Source: Yuukianura sp. NJ FZ-2021
Taxonomy: Eukaryota
NCBI GenBank assembly: GCA_046563655.1
Contig: CM102286.1
Coordinates: 4,898,001 to 4,962,000 of the forward strand
Reading direction: 5' to 3'
Length of the DNA: 64,000 nt
Notes under the pieces: generated by a model
What the model was told of the DNA's origin: nothing
The model's database searches: none
The model's input: only the letters and a program-made list of their open reading frames with translations
Position numbers and translations under genes: made by a program
Part shown: one piece after another, positions 36,998-50,100 of the stretch
Numbering within the stretch: the stretch's first letter is position 1
How the letters are laid out: each line of letters opens with the position of its first letter

Positions 36998-38657
36998 ATG
37001 CAGACGTCAATAATTCAGCAATGGACTGAGGCCATCTTGGCCTGGATTTTTGTCATCATGCTCTTACCAATTCTAATTCCAGTTGCCATTATAATCCTTC
37101 TTGCTCGCACAGTCATCAGTCTAAAATTCAAAATTCAAGATGCCGGGAAATTTGAACTGATGGATCCATTCGATGCTGTCTGGGTTTTTGAAAATCCGCA
37201 CTCGCCTTCCACATGCAATGGTCTGTATGTCATCAAAGGTCAAGCTGAACTAGCCAGAATCTGTGACCTTTTGGAAGTTCGAGTTATCCAGAAGAGAGAT
37301 TCCAAGCGGAAGAGGATTTATGACAGATTTCGATGGAGTGTTGTTGAAAAGCATGGCTTTGCATGTTGGCACAAAAATACTTTGGAATTCAAAATGGATG
37401 ACCATGTTCGATACTTTAAAGGCGAAGACAAAGGTCCAGAGGCAGAATGGACCGAAGAAGAAGTATTCGAGGCGGCAGCGAAACTCCATGAAACGTCGCT
37501 GAATCAGCTTGGGAAATCTCCGTGGGAGGCACTGCTAATTCCAAAATTCAAAATTAAATCTGAGAATTCGGAAAATCATTACGCAATACTATTTAGGGTC
37601 CATCACTCCCTTGCAGGTAATAGCTCCGTTGCTATTTTTTTTGCTGATGTTGCGAATTCTTGCTCTTTTTTAAATACTAAAAACTTACAGATGGAATCTC
37701 CATGGGCCACATCCTCCATCAATGCATCGCTGATGAGCCATTTGTTCTTTCACTCGATCCAACTAGCCCCCTGAAACATTCAAAATTTACAATTTGGACC
37801 AGTTACATCATTTCATTTTTACTTTTGCCTCAAATTACAATTCGAATTTTATTTTTCCGAGAAGATAATGCGTTTCACAGCGAGAAGATGTTGACAGGAC
37901 CAAAGACAGTCAATTGGTCTCGACCAATTTCTCTAACTGCGGTCAAGGAAATGAAAAACGCAAGTCACACTTCTGTATTTACGGTGCTCTTGTCATGTCT
38001 AACTGGGGCCTTGCGTAGTTTATATAAGAAGCATAAACAGCCGATTCCAAACATCATTCACGCTGCACCGCCAGTGGCCATCCTGCCATATCCAGACAGA
38101 AATCCACGCAACAGATTCTCCATTGTATTCTATCCATTGGCAACGGGAAAAGAAAATCCAAAAGAGCGGCTGCAGAGTGTATTCAAAGCTTCCAAGCAAT
38201 TGGCTTCGTCTCCAGACGTCCTTAGCAACTTCTATGCCATCTTCATCATGGGAATGCTGCCGTTTAATTTGATCAAATTCTTGGCGCCACTTGCGCATGC
38301 GACTGTGGGTTTCTCCAACGTTCCTGGACCAATGGAGATGGTAAAAGTATTCAACGGTGATGAAATTGTTGAAATAGGTTTTTGGATTCCTGTAAAAAAT
38401 CGAACAGGTTAAATACTTGGTTTGAAATAGAAAATTTTTATTTTCAAAATGAAAAATACTAATAATTTTTTGTACTTATTACAGGAATATCGATGGGACT
38501 TTTCAGCTACAATGACAAGTTGCGTGTCACTTTCATGGCGGACAAAGTATGTCTACCGAATTCTGACGATGTGGACCTCCTGCGTGATTATTTTGAGTCC
38601 GAATTATTGACTCTTGCTCAATCGTTAAATGTTTCGCAAAGTGAAAGTTTTGTCTAG
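36998..38657 (+). CDS. WS/DGAT-family O-acyltransferase, copy 5
   Basis: Exons 36998-37616, 37691-38407 and 38485-38657; HHSLA|DG; SNVPGP. The intron 2 donor is the variant GTTAAA. Confidence 0.85.
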
Positions 38658-39140
38658 AGCACCGTTTTCAATAAACAGAGCACAAAACCTAACCGACTCC
38701 TCTTATGGTTCCAAATCGATTACTAATGTAATGTGTGACTTTGAGTGTTATTTAATCAATCAATAATTATAAACAAAACTTAATTGCAATCGACAAGGAG
38801 CAGCTTCGATTTTCTAATCCTTACCTAATTCGTACAATTAGTGAAAAATATTGTAACAAACTGTATGCGAGGATACTTCTTAGCTACTTATGTTCACTAA
38901 ACTGGGAAACAAAGCGTCTTTTAAAATTAAGAATTATACTAAAAACGAGCAAAATCCAGCAAACCCTACTTGAAAATCCAGCTTCAACGCATTCCCTTGC
39001 AAGTCTATTCAAAAAGTTAAATTGATCGTAATCTTTTAGGATAAGGAAAAGAAACCCGGGATTGTTACGTTTGATTCGCGTTGTTGTACAAAAAGGTGTC
39101 AGGCTTTGGTTGTGACCAATCCAGTGTTCGGATTTTGGCA

Positions 39141-40870
39141 TCAAGTGTGATTCCCTATCTCCAGAAAGTTAGCGTAGATCTCCCGGGTACAAGTCCCTTG
39201 CGGATTAAAACCAAACTGAAACGGTAACAAATGGGAAATGATAAGAATTTATTACGTCGTATTGTAGTGCTTGATTTTACACAGTAGCGAACTGACCTTA
39301 TGGTAACCGCCATCTCCGCAGACAACTGAAATATGACAATTATGGATGCATTGATATTGAATTGGAATAATAGAGTCAGACTAAAGTATGGAAGAACGAG
39401 AACTTACCAATGACAGACTGTGGATCTAAAGTTCCAAATGCACAGAGGCATGGAGCATTCCCAGCAACTTGGAATTTTGAAAAACTCCATTTGGAACTGA
39501 AGTATTTTGGGAGGAATGACACACCAAGTCTAAATTAACACAATTACAAAAACGGAGTCAACTCTTATGTGCCTTGGTCAAATTAACAGCAATCAGTTAA
39601 AACTTACGACGACTGACGATTCTTTTTATGATCACCGACTGCGAAGATGTGGATCGTTCCATGATCCGATGATACGCATAGAAGGGAAGAGTCATGATTA
39701 AAGTTTATGCAGTAAATTAAAGCGGCATGGGACCCTCGGCGGAGCTCATTGACCATCGTCCCGTTAAAAGTCTCGAATATTCTGATTCGGAAATAAAAGT
39801 TAATAAGAAAGCGAATAAATCTTTTACTCAAAATATGTATGAAAGGCAACGTTTTTCTTTAGTAATACTTAAATTCAAAATTTTATGACACGTGATGATA
39901 TTTACGCGGAATTTACCTGATTAATGTCCCCTTTTCTGATGCGGTAGCCAAGAGAGTCCCCTTAATAGGAAAAATCAGTCAGTTTAAAAATATTCTTTTC
40001 AAAAAATTGAACAAGAAACAGTTTCTCGAAAACTTATACCTGTAGATTCATGGAAATGCAGCTCAGCGTGGTTTCGTGTGCAGCTATACTTGTGGGACTC
40101 TTTTCGGTGTTTCCCAAGTCGACAATTTCTACTTGTCCAGGATTTTGCCCAGGAAAAGCAAGTAGAGAGTTTGTCGAAGACGGACACAGGACACATAGCC
40201 CTATAGATCAACACAAATCTTGCATTCCTAAGAAAAAAATGAAATATTCAGTACCGTGAAACTGGTCTATGTACCCTTTGGATTTGAGTGTGTTTCAAAA
40301 ACATGGAGTTGCTGCGGGGTTTGGGTAAATGTGTAGACTTTGACCATATTTTCCAGGGCCACCACAATTCTATCTCGTCGAAGTTTCACGGAACGAACAG
40401 GGCTGGAAAACTCCATTTCAATCACAGCAATCTTCTTCAAATCGTCCCAAATCATGACTGCAAAATAATTTCAAAGCTTAGCTTACGACACAAACAAAGC
40501 ATGAAGTTACTCATATTACCTTTATTCGGCGGATACTTTGCCCTCGGACCTCCACCCACAAGTGCCAAGTAATTGCATCTGAAGAGCATCTCGGCGCGCC
40601 CAACTCCGCCGTCAGCGAAATCATGTCTTTCTTTTTCCTTCAAGGGGTCACAGTTGAATACCCGGAATCCACTGTCGGTGCCACATACAAAGCAACCTGA
40701 GGATTAGCCAACCAAATGTATAGTTATATTATTGAGTGCTCAAAGTGACATCTTTTTTGTTGTATTATGTATTAAGCTTAAGAAGTAACAATCAATTCAC
40801 CATCACCTTGGTCCTGGTTAAATCCAATGTAAAGTAAACCACTCCTGGAATTGCTTTCTGAAACATCCAT
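39141..40870 (-). CDS. WDR45B: WD repeat phosphoinositide-interacting protein 3-like (WIPI3/WDR45B, PROPPIN)
   Basis: Exons 40870-40807, 40696-40520, 40457-40275, 40200-40040, 39960-39917, 39781-39608, 39529-39408, 39325-39297 and 39215-39141. Motifs [42 protein letters not shown], the LRRG phosphoinositide motif, [10 protein letters not shown] and [11 protein letters not shown]. Confidence 0.93.
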
Positions 40871-42552
40871 TTTGGTTCGACGTTCAGTAGACTTTCGAGA
40901 AGTCCAAGGCTTCGCACAACAACAAATCTTATGCAAAAAAAAATGAAATTATAAAAGTGTCCATAATATTTAGATTACTGTGAAAGTCGAAACAAATACT
41001 TGTGACTTATTTACGGAAGTTATCCAGTATAAACGTTGTCAACACTTAAATCAAGAGAGAGTCGTGTGTCTATAATTTGTGCTGGATGTGGGATAAGCCA
41101 CGACCACAAAGACGACGATTTATTTCCAACGTCCAAGCAATCTAATCGAATGTCAAAGAATCAGAGTTTAATTAGTAATTAACTAACAGCATAGTGAAAC
41201 CATAGGAAATCAACTTACATAGAAAAATCCGTTTGGTTTGAGATGTGGGTACCGTTGGCAATAGATCAACGGAGCAAACGTATAAAGTAATTTAGTACGC
41301 GATTTAAATTTTGTTCTGATTAAGTTAATTAACCAACGTAAAGGTGTTTTTACGTAGTAAATAGAAACAAAGCAACAGCTGTTTGTGATGGTAAACACTA
41401 CGCAACTCATTGCTCTCATCCTCTTGTCACCTTGAAGGGCATCGACCATAAACGCGTCCATGGTCCAGGGAAATCCGCACGAAATCATATGCATTGTCTT
41501 TTTTAATTAACTAATTAGTTAAATATTAATTTAAACAATTAAACGCCACTTCTTGAGTTTGGAATTTTAAAAATGCGGGGCTGGATGCTGAATGGAAGTC
41601 TTTGCATGAAAAACGTTGCTCGGTTATACAGTAATTATGGATTTACAAAAGTTGCTGTATTTTACTATTACAAATTGGCGACTGAAACTTAAACGTAGTT
41701 AGCACAACTAAAGTTTTACAAAGTATCTCAATTTATCTCAATTGTCCGGTTCGGTATTCTTAACGTTAACAGATTTAGAAAGTCAACCCAAATGGGTGCT
41801 TAAACTTAACTCCAAAACATAACTAATTATTATGCGAGTAATTATTTGCTTGTCGTTCGAAGGTAATAATTAACACTAAAATGTCAAAAAGTTTGTAAAC
41901 TAAGACAGCTACTAATTAGTACTTCCTAAACAATTCCTTAACTTTAACTATAATATTTCCGCATCACAATTATTTGTATCTTGCAATTCCTACCGTGGTC
42001 AATTTTCTCGTCAAAACACTTCACAAACACTTTGATTAATAAGCTTTACCACGTTAACTCCAATTTACAACACAGTCCATACGATTGGCATTGCTTTTGG
42101 AGTTAACAAGGTTGTAAATACACAGATTCAGGGAAGAGCACTAGAGATTAAGCGTTAACTCTATTCAAACTTCTCGATTTACAGTAGAAATGGTTTCATG
42201 TGCATTTCTAGCGTCACTTACTACAACACGGACAAGGACAGTGAAGTGATTTAAAACGGCAATATTGATTATCAATTACTAATTCGCCTAAATAGTGCCA
42301 CAACTATAGTTTCCGTAGTATTCCAAGTTATCATAAAACTAACTGCAATTGGTATAACCTTGGTTCTCGATTGTTATCCTAAGTGGCTTGATTCCATGGT
42401 TTAATTGAATGTAAGAAGTGTATGGGGTTTCTCATTCCAAAATCAATAAGTTGTGGTTTTCAATACTTTAGAATTTCAGGAGCTGATGAGAGAAAGTTAA
42501 TGAAAGTTTGAATTTTGTTTTTGTAATTTTGCGTTCCTAAAGTTAGCTAACT

Positions 42553-45397
42553 TTAAGGAAAGTTTGGGAAGTCCGCATCGTCCGTCTTGGTAGGTGCAGC
42601 GATTGCATTTCGCATTTCAGCCATCTTGTCAGAATCTGTTGAAAAGACAAAGAAAAAAGTTAAAATTAGTTTACAAATGTCGGAAACTAAATCCCCAGGG
42701 ATTCTGTTGTTGGGGTCACGTCTAGAGAATCAACTACGGGAAGTCTGGGGAGACCTGACATGCTTTTGGGACTGCGACCTTTCACAACGCCGGCATAGCT
42801 TGCTGTTGATCCGGTTGGTGGGCTTGGTTTCTTGAATCCGGGGTCAGCACAGAGTCTATAAAACAAAATAACACTATAAATACTTGGAAATCAACTACTA
42901 CTATTTTCTACTAGTGCCGTTGTTATCGATTTATCTACAGCAAAGTTAATCCCGTTTTATATACACAAAAGCGACCAAAAATTCGAATGGTTCCCGTATC
43001 ACATTGAGAAAAGGTAATTGAAATAGTAGATTTGGAATTACTTTTCACTCCGAAACTGCCATAGCCTATGGTATTCGAGGACAACGCCAGAATTCGGATT
43101 TTGACATGGACGTAAGAAGTAAGTGGAGAAAGAAATCAAGAAATTATTAATAGAACGGGTTAGTTTTCAAAAAATTTTTTGAAAAAAAAGTGTTTTCACC
43201 ACATGTGGATCGGCTGGGCTGGGACCAATTTGGGACATGCATTTGGCTGTGTGCTAAAATATTATTTAGGAACATATCGCTGCAGTATCCATACCTGTGT
43301 TGCTTGATCAGTGCACACTCCCCTCCTTCAGTGGTATTGAGCCCGTAAATGTACAGATAACCATCGTAGGAAGCCACCAACACCCTCATCTTTGTTCCAT
43401 CGGTACCACTGACGGGGGCGACGGCAACAACACTCCGTGTATCATGGAAGGCGGTGGTGATTGAGGCGAATGAACGGCCCTGCGTCCAAACTTCCGTCAC
43501 TTGCGACGGAAGTGCTCCTTTCATCCAGTCCATCCAAGAGTTCGACGCTGTCTCCTCCTTCACTTCACTGCAAAAATAAAAAGCATTTGCATTTTCGGGT
43601 TTGGATTTAGCACGAAATGTTAAGAAAATTGAACTTACGGAGCATTTTGTAGACGAAAGACATGAACGGTAGCAGTATTTGATGAAACTGCCAGAAAAAC
43701 GTCATCTGGAGAGAATGCAATTGAATAAATTGAAGCATACCGCTTCATTCCTCTTCGAAATTCGAACATTCGAGATGCATCAGAAGTACTGAAAACTCGA
43801 ATAACGGTTCCCTTTTCCGATGCCGTGGCAAGAAGCGTTCCAGCGGCATTGAAAACCAGAGCTGCCAAGGGCTAAATCAAAACCAGCATTAAAATTCATG
43901 TGCTCTTTTGAGGACGTTGCATAGTTCCAGAGTAAGTATTTTAAAAAATATTTACAGAGGCATGGGCATGAATCACAGTTTTGGCTTGAAGGTTGAATGC
44001 ATCGAAGACTTGGACTTGACCCGTGGATCCAGAACCAGGATATGCTAGGTATGAAATGTCTGCATTCACTGACAATGCAAGGAGACCTTTTGGATTTGGT
44101 GGGGTGTCACGGATCGTATGAAGGATTTTCATGTCTCGTATATTGTGGATGTACAGCATTTCCTCGAGGCAAACAACCAGACGCTACTCAAAGAAAAAAA
44201 AACAATGAGTAAACTACAAAGTAATATACTGGTCTCATCATTTGTTAACGTAACATTTTTCATCGAAACGTAATAAACGACAACGGCTTTAACACAAGCA
44301 TCGTCCAATTCATGCTCTCCTATATTAGTGTATAGATCTCCGACAGACTTATATTGAGTTCATAGTGATGTTAAACATTGAACTCAAAAACGCCATACAT
44401 AAGCTACTTTGTAATCGCTCTTAACCTGCCACTTTGACATACTTAATTTTGACAGCCACGCAAATTATTAACCTGATTCATCTTCATCATGTGCTCACCT
44501 ATTTAATCGGTACACATACAGTACAACCCAAACGAAATTAATGCAGGAAGAGGAATTCTATACTTTACTTATTATTGTTCTGTTTTTGAAAAAAAAAATG
44601 TCCAATTCCTTATGATTTCATGCGTAGTGTTTTCGTTAATCAAAATGGGTCAGATACTGTTATGTTTTAAAACGGGAAGCGAGTAACCTGAAGTTGTGGA
44701 AGTGGAACAGTAAACAGAAATGCATATGCAACGATTAGTTAGGCAGTCATTTATAAGACGAACACGATATGTGGATCGTAGTGATGTAATTATTCAATGC
44801 TTTGCGAATTCGGATGATGACTAATGACTGTATGAATGTTCATTAATCAATAAAAATCGTAAATCGAACGACTGTAGATGACGTCGATCTTTTCGTTCCC
44901 TCTGCGACGCGTCATACATTTGTTTTTAAAAGAGGTGTGCTATGTATTATTGCCAGTTGACACTAAACAGCCTGTAACAAGATGTAGTAACGGAAAAACG
45001 TACTCCCCGACCTTGATTAGCTCTGAAGAATCGGTATGAAGCGACGTGGGTTAATACAAATGATAAAAATCTACAAACCAATGGCTTATTTAGAACTTAC
45101 AGCCCGATTTAGTCGTACTCCGAGGATGGAATTAGCATACGAGTAGTTACAAATTTCATTTCCCTTCTTGAAGTGACAAACTCGAAGTTTTCGTGGACTT
45201 TGAAGGGAGACAATGGCGACCAGTGACGAAGAGAAGAGTCTCTCTACAATCTGGACACCATCTGGAGAAGCTGCTTCGTGAATCTTTTCCAGTGACTCGA
45301 CTGCAGCACTTGATACCAGTGACCATCCATAGCCAGTTCCTACACCAAGGGAACTGAAATCCTGGTTGAACTGGAGGTAGAGAATCTCTTCTGTCAT
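42553..45397 (-). CDS. Atg18a: Atg18a / WIPI2-like PROPPIN
   Basis: Exons 45397-45101, 44183-43956, 43871-43639, 43567-43295, 42855-42755 and 42635-42553. Motifs [71 protein letters not shown] and the FRRG motif. Confidence 0.94.
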
Positions 45398-45753
45398 TGT
45401 TCCTGGTAGGTATTCCTATAGGATCATCAGTAACATCAAATCGAATTACGAAGTATGAGTTAATTAAATCCCAAAATGAGCGAAAGTTACTTAGTTAATG
45501 TTAAAATTATGTTCAAACGTTATTTCACTAGTTTCCCCGTACTTTCACAACTTACAGTGCTCTGCTCCTCCTTGGTAGTATGGTGAAATTGGCGACGATG
45601 AAAATGAGGAAATAACTTAATTACTTTTACAAAATTTGGATAACCAGGAATAAGCAGTTTACTTCTTCACCTTTACGTTTTTACTGTTTTCAGTCGTCTC
45701 ATCTGATGATCACTTCAAAATACAATCACAATAAAAACAAAGCAAAAAACTGT

Positions 45754-45762
45754 GTCACGTGG
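45754..45762. promoter_or_regulatory. CLEAR/E-box-like motif upstream of Atg18a/WIPI2
   Basis: GTCACGTGG lies ~360 bp upstream of the ATG and resembles the TFEB/Mitf CLEAR element GTCACGTGAC. Confidence 0.35.
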
Positions 45763-47147
45763 AAAATAGTTTGGCTTGACGCGATTTTCAAATGAAATAA
45801 CCACACTTTGTGCATGTGGTTACAATAGAAGTAGCAAGTCCTTACATGAAAAGACGCTCAAATTAAACTTTGAATTTTTATTTTCAATTTTGTAATAATT
45901 TAATCAGATGGTAACCGATGAACTAGAAGATTATCAAAATTTTGAGTACGCTCATCAAGCAGAAACTATCATTAGAAAGTTAGAGTCGGCAAATTAAATG
46001 GCAAAAGTTAGATTTAAATAGGTATTAAAGTGCGTTGTATTGTATCATCCCCGAACCAAGTTCAGACGCAGTTACATAAAGTCCTTTATTCAAGTAAACA
46101 TGATAATAATTTAGTCTTACTTACATACTTTTGTATAGTGGAGACAATTTTATATATTCGCCATGTACCGTGTAACCTATACATTCATAATACATACATG
46201 TATAACATAACTACGCAGTTAATATTAATAATCAAAACAATGACGGTCGTGTAGCAGTTACCAACGTTGTGTTCAGGGAGAATGTATTCAAAATTTGTTT
46301 CGTTAATCAACTAAAAATGTAACTTGCAATGGTCACTAACATATGGAATGGGTTATCCAGTCTTGCAAGAAGTTATAACAAATACTTCCTTCATAATGTG
46401 TGTTTAAATTTTTATGTGTAGGTTAGTTGTAGTATTGAACCGAATAAAGCCAAAGTTAAATATAACTAAAAATAGAAGTAACCTTGTTGAGTTACATTAT
46501 GCGTATCACAGGGTTCTTTTTGTGAAAGCTTTAATTAGACTTTTTTTTCGAAAGTAATTATGATTTTTTGAACAAATTTTAAAATTCAAATCTCGATACG
46601 GAATTTGTCGGAGTAAGTGAAAATATTTTCAGTGTAGGTTAAAATAGTTTAGGACGAAAAAATAATTTTGCGCATAATGAAATCTCCGATTTCTAAAAAT
46701 TTTCGGCTCTCGAAATTGACAATTTGTTGCCCAATGGTTCATAATAATATCCAAGTGTTTTTCGAAATAGTTTATACTCGTTTATAAATAAGATTCTATC
46801 AACTATTTTATTATGTTTAAAGCTCAACCACATGGAGGCATAAGTAACAAAAAGAAAATGCAAAAAAATATTCTTCAAACTTTGTTTCTGATTTAATTCC
46901 AACTAACTCAATATGCAAAAGTAACAATGCTAAAGAATTTGGCGAAATAATGCAAAATCAAATAATAAAATCTAGCAAACAATTTTAAAAAAAAACGTTT
47001 AAGAACACAAGTTTCGCGATAAACATAACGTCTCTACTTACATTTATATGTATAGGAACTTATATATTTTTGAAACAATATGATTAATTTTTATAAAGCC
47101 TAGTCGTTGATGACTACTACAACTGGAACGCTTCAGCTTGAATATTT

Positions 47148-50100
47148 CTAAACAACCGTGTTGGCTTCATTTCCTTGTGGGTTTCCGTTGATCCACTGGT
47201 GGATGCAATTTTTGAGAATAGGTGATTTGCCATTGGGCGAGAGTGGGTGTGATTCAGGGACTTCTATGATGGGTTCATTAATCACTGCTCCAGTTATGAC
47301 TGTCGCAGATCTCCGACGCAGGAAGCTAACATTAGTCAACAGCGTCTTTCGGCTACTTGAGTTCCCTCTAGAGACCAACGAAAAATAAGAAAACCCATTA
47401 GAGAAGGTACTGGAGAAGAAAAATCTTAAGAACAAACTTTAGCGCCAAAGGTAAACGCAAACGGAGTAAGTTTCTTTGCAATAAGTTTGTTTTACCGCTG
47501 TAACTCTTTTCTCCTGGGTCTCCAAAGATGAAAAATTCCGTAAATGACTGGATTGCAAAAACTATTGGACATTCCGAAGAAGAAGATGACTGTAGAGAGG
47601 AGATCACCGGATTCCTGTAAGATTTCAGGAAAAACAGACATCAGTTCTCTTTAGTACATGGCTCATTGCTTGAGCAAATTACTTTCACCGTGTAGGTGGT
47701 GGGGAAGCACTCCATTCTTTCTAACATGAACTGGCTCTAAAGGTAAATTGCTTCTAAAAACTTTGTTTTTCTACCATCATGTTAAAGAATAGCTTTTCTA
47801 GGAGTAATTTTTAGAAAGTTTACTGTTAGAAGCAACTCATTCTAAACAATGACATGGAACTGTAGGTGGGCTGAGTGAAAATTTTTCACATTTCATTTCG
47901 CGTTATACTGCCGGTAGCATTTGAGGCAGACAAATTTGTCATTGTGTTGTTTACTTTTCCAGGTCATTTCCGCCAATCTAGCCCAAGTCTATTGTGAAAT
48001 GATCCCCAAAATCAGTGAACCTTGGGAGAATTACGAAATGGGGCATCATCGTCTTTTGAGGAGAAAGCTTTTGAGGGAAAAAATGTGGGAAAATTTTTGG
48101 TTGATTACGCACTACGGTGAAACTTGAGTCAGCTTAAGATAAAAAATTCTAGAAAGGAGAGTTCTTCATAAGTGGATGAAATTGCAAAGCATACAAAATC
48201 TTGAAATTTGAAAAGGTCAGGAAAGAGCATGCAGAAAATTGTGGGTTCGGTGAGTTCACATGTAAGCCCTCCCGATTTTGAATTGCAAATGAACACACTT
48301 TCTCCTGTAGAAGACTACTGAAACCTTTTAACGGCAGTCTTTTCAAAAGACTTCGCAAACACAAAGAGAGAAAGTAATCTTTCCATCATACGAATTGAGA
48401 TTGAAGTGAGTGCTTTTTATGTTCTGCTTCACACTACTTAATAAACTTCTTGAAATGAACTGAAAGCAAAACAAACAGAGCGTGTTGTTGAAACGTATAA
48501 AAATTTAACCTGCTCGGCTAAGGTAATCGATTTCAGGCGTAGCCGCTTACCACAAAGGCCATTAGTTCTGATGTACCAAGATTAATTGTGCAATTAATTA
48601 TACCTGTCTACACATAACGGATTTCGGTAGCATCAACTTACCAAGATTATATTCTTGTTTTCACTGAACAGGTAAATTAGCATGGCAGCGTAGTAGGGCT
48701 GTCAAAAAGAACAATTACACCATTTTCACACTTTTTTCTGTCAAAACCTAGCCTATTCAGATAAGCATGTTACCTACCGTCCAACATATTAGAAACGCAC
48801 AAACAATTGCCACAGAGATCCTTAAACTTTTCATCTTTGCTCGACGAATTAGTTTTCGTCGATTTGGATCCATCATTGTCCGCGAAGGGCCGAGTGTAAC
48901 ATCCACGAATTCTTCATTCCCTGAACCAAGAAATAAAAAAAAATTATTAAACCACGCTGTATGAGTTCAATATTTAATTAACCGGGTTTAAGCGTTTATC
49001 AAATTATCAGCAACTTTCAACGTCATAGACGATAACTCACATACAGCATGTGCTCTTTATTTCAAAAAAGAAAAGCTTGCTCTCTAAAGCTCATGTGTTA
49101 TAATGAAAACGAAGAAAGCAATATAAGGGGTAGAATTGAAAACCTTGACATGCATGACATAAATCGTGTGGTTTCTTTAAACGTTACTTTAGACAAGTGG
49201 ATTTGAACGTTACAATTCAAAAAAAATGCAGTTCTTTGCTATTCTGAAATGATAAATGAGCAAATGATAATTTCCAAAAATGTTATGCTTGTTTTGCGCG
49301 TCATGTTCTATTTAAAGGCACCATGTCTGACAGAAGCATGTGTCGTCGAGCATAAACAACAAATGTAGTGTGTGGTGTGATGCCAAATTTACAAAAATGT
49401 TACAAACAAGTTTTATTTTTCTGAAACACTTTCCCCATTTAGCAGTAAATACCAACGACATTCCGTTCTTTTTCCACTCTCTGGTTTAACATTGAACATG
49501 ATCATTTTCATGAATGTCAAGGATGTTTACTGTACATACAGAAGGATGTAAAGAAAGGATTTGGCAGGATAAATTACTTTACGACATTGAAGAGACCAAA
49601 TCCTAAGCAACTGCCACCACCACATAAGGGTTAAGTTACCTCAACCTCTGAAGTTAACGAGGTGAAAACCGTTGAACCATTGCTTTAAAATCACGCGCCA
49701 TGTCTCTCAAATTTCAAATGTAACGTTTACTGTGTGACACGCCGCGTCAAGTCAAAAACGAGAATATACCACACCACCACTACCGTAGAGTTGCAAATTG
49801 AATTTTGTCCTGAAGCAAACCCAGCGAAAGCTCCAAAATTCACCACAAGCTAAAATATGGGTACTTTCACCCTTAATTTAAAGCATCGTCTCAATTAAAG
49901 TTATAAATCCGCACCTTTCACATTTGGGTGACATTGTGGTTGGTGGACTTGCAACTCTGGAAACAAGACACAAAATTTATGAACACGAGCCCTTCTGTAG
50001 CTGTAATAAAAAAAACTTTCGAAAGGAAAGTGTTATGAAAATAGAGCGTTAAGAATGTTAGGAGCCAAAGTGAAAGTTTCAGAAGAGAAGCGTCCCCAAA

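Noticed and set aside
26514..38298. Repeated antisense ORFs within WS/DGAT exons
   Set aside because: Shadow ORFs of the sense coding sequence, repeated only because the genes are duplicated.
41210..41494. 94-aa ORF between the two PROPPIN genes
   Set aside because: No recognisable family; may be UTR or non-coding exon sequence.
44184..45100. C/D snoRNA in Atg18a intron 1 (ATGATGA boxes)
   Set aside because: No properly spaced CTGA D box with a terminal stem identified.
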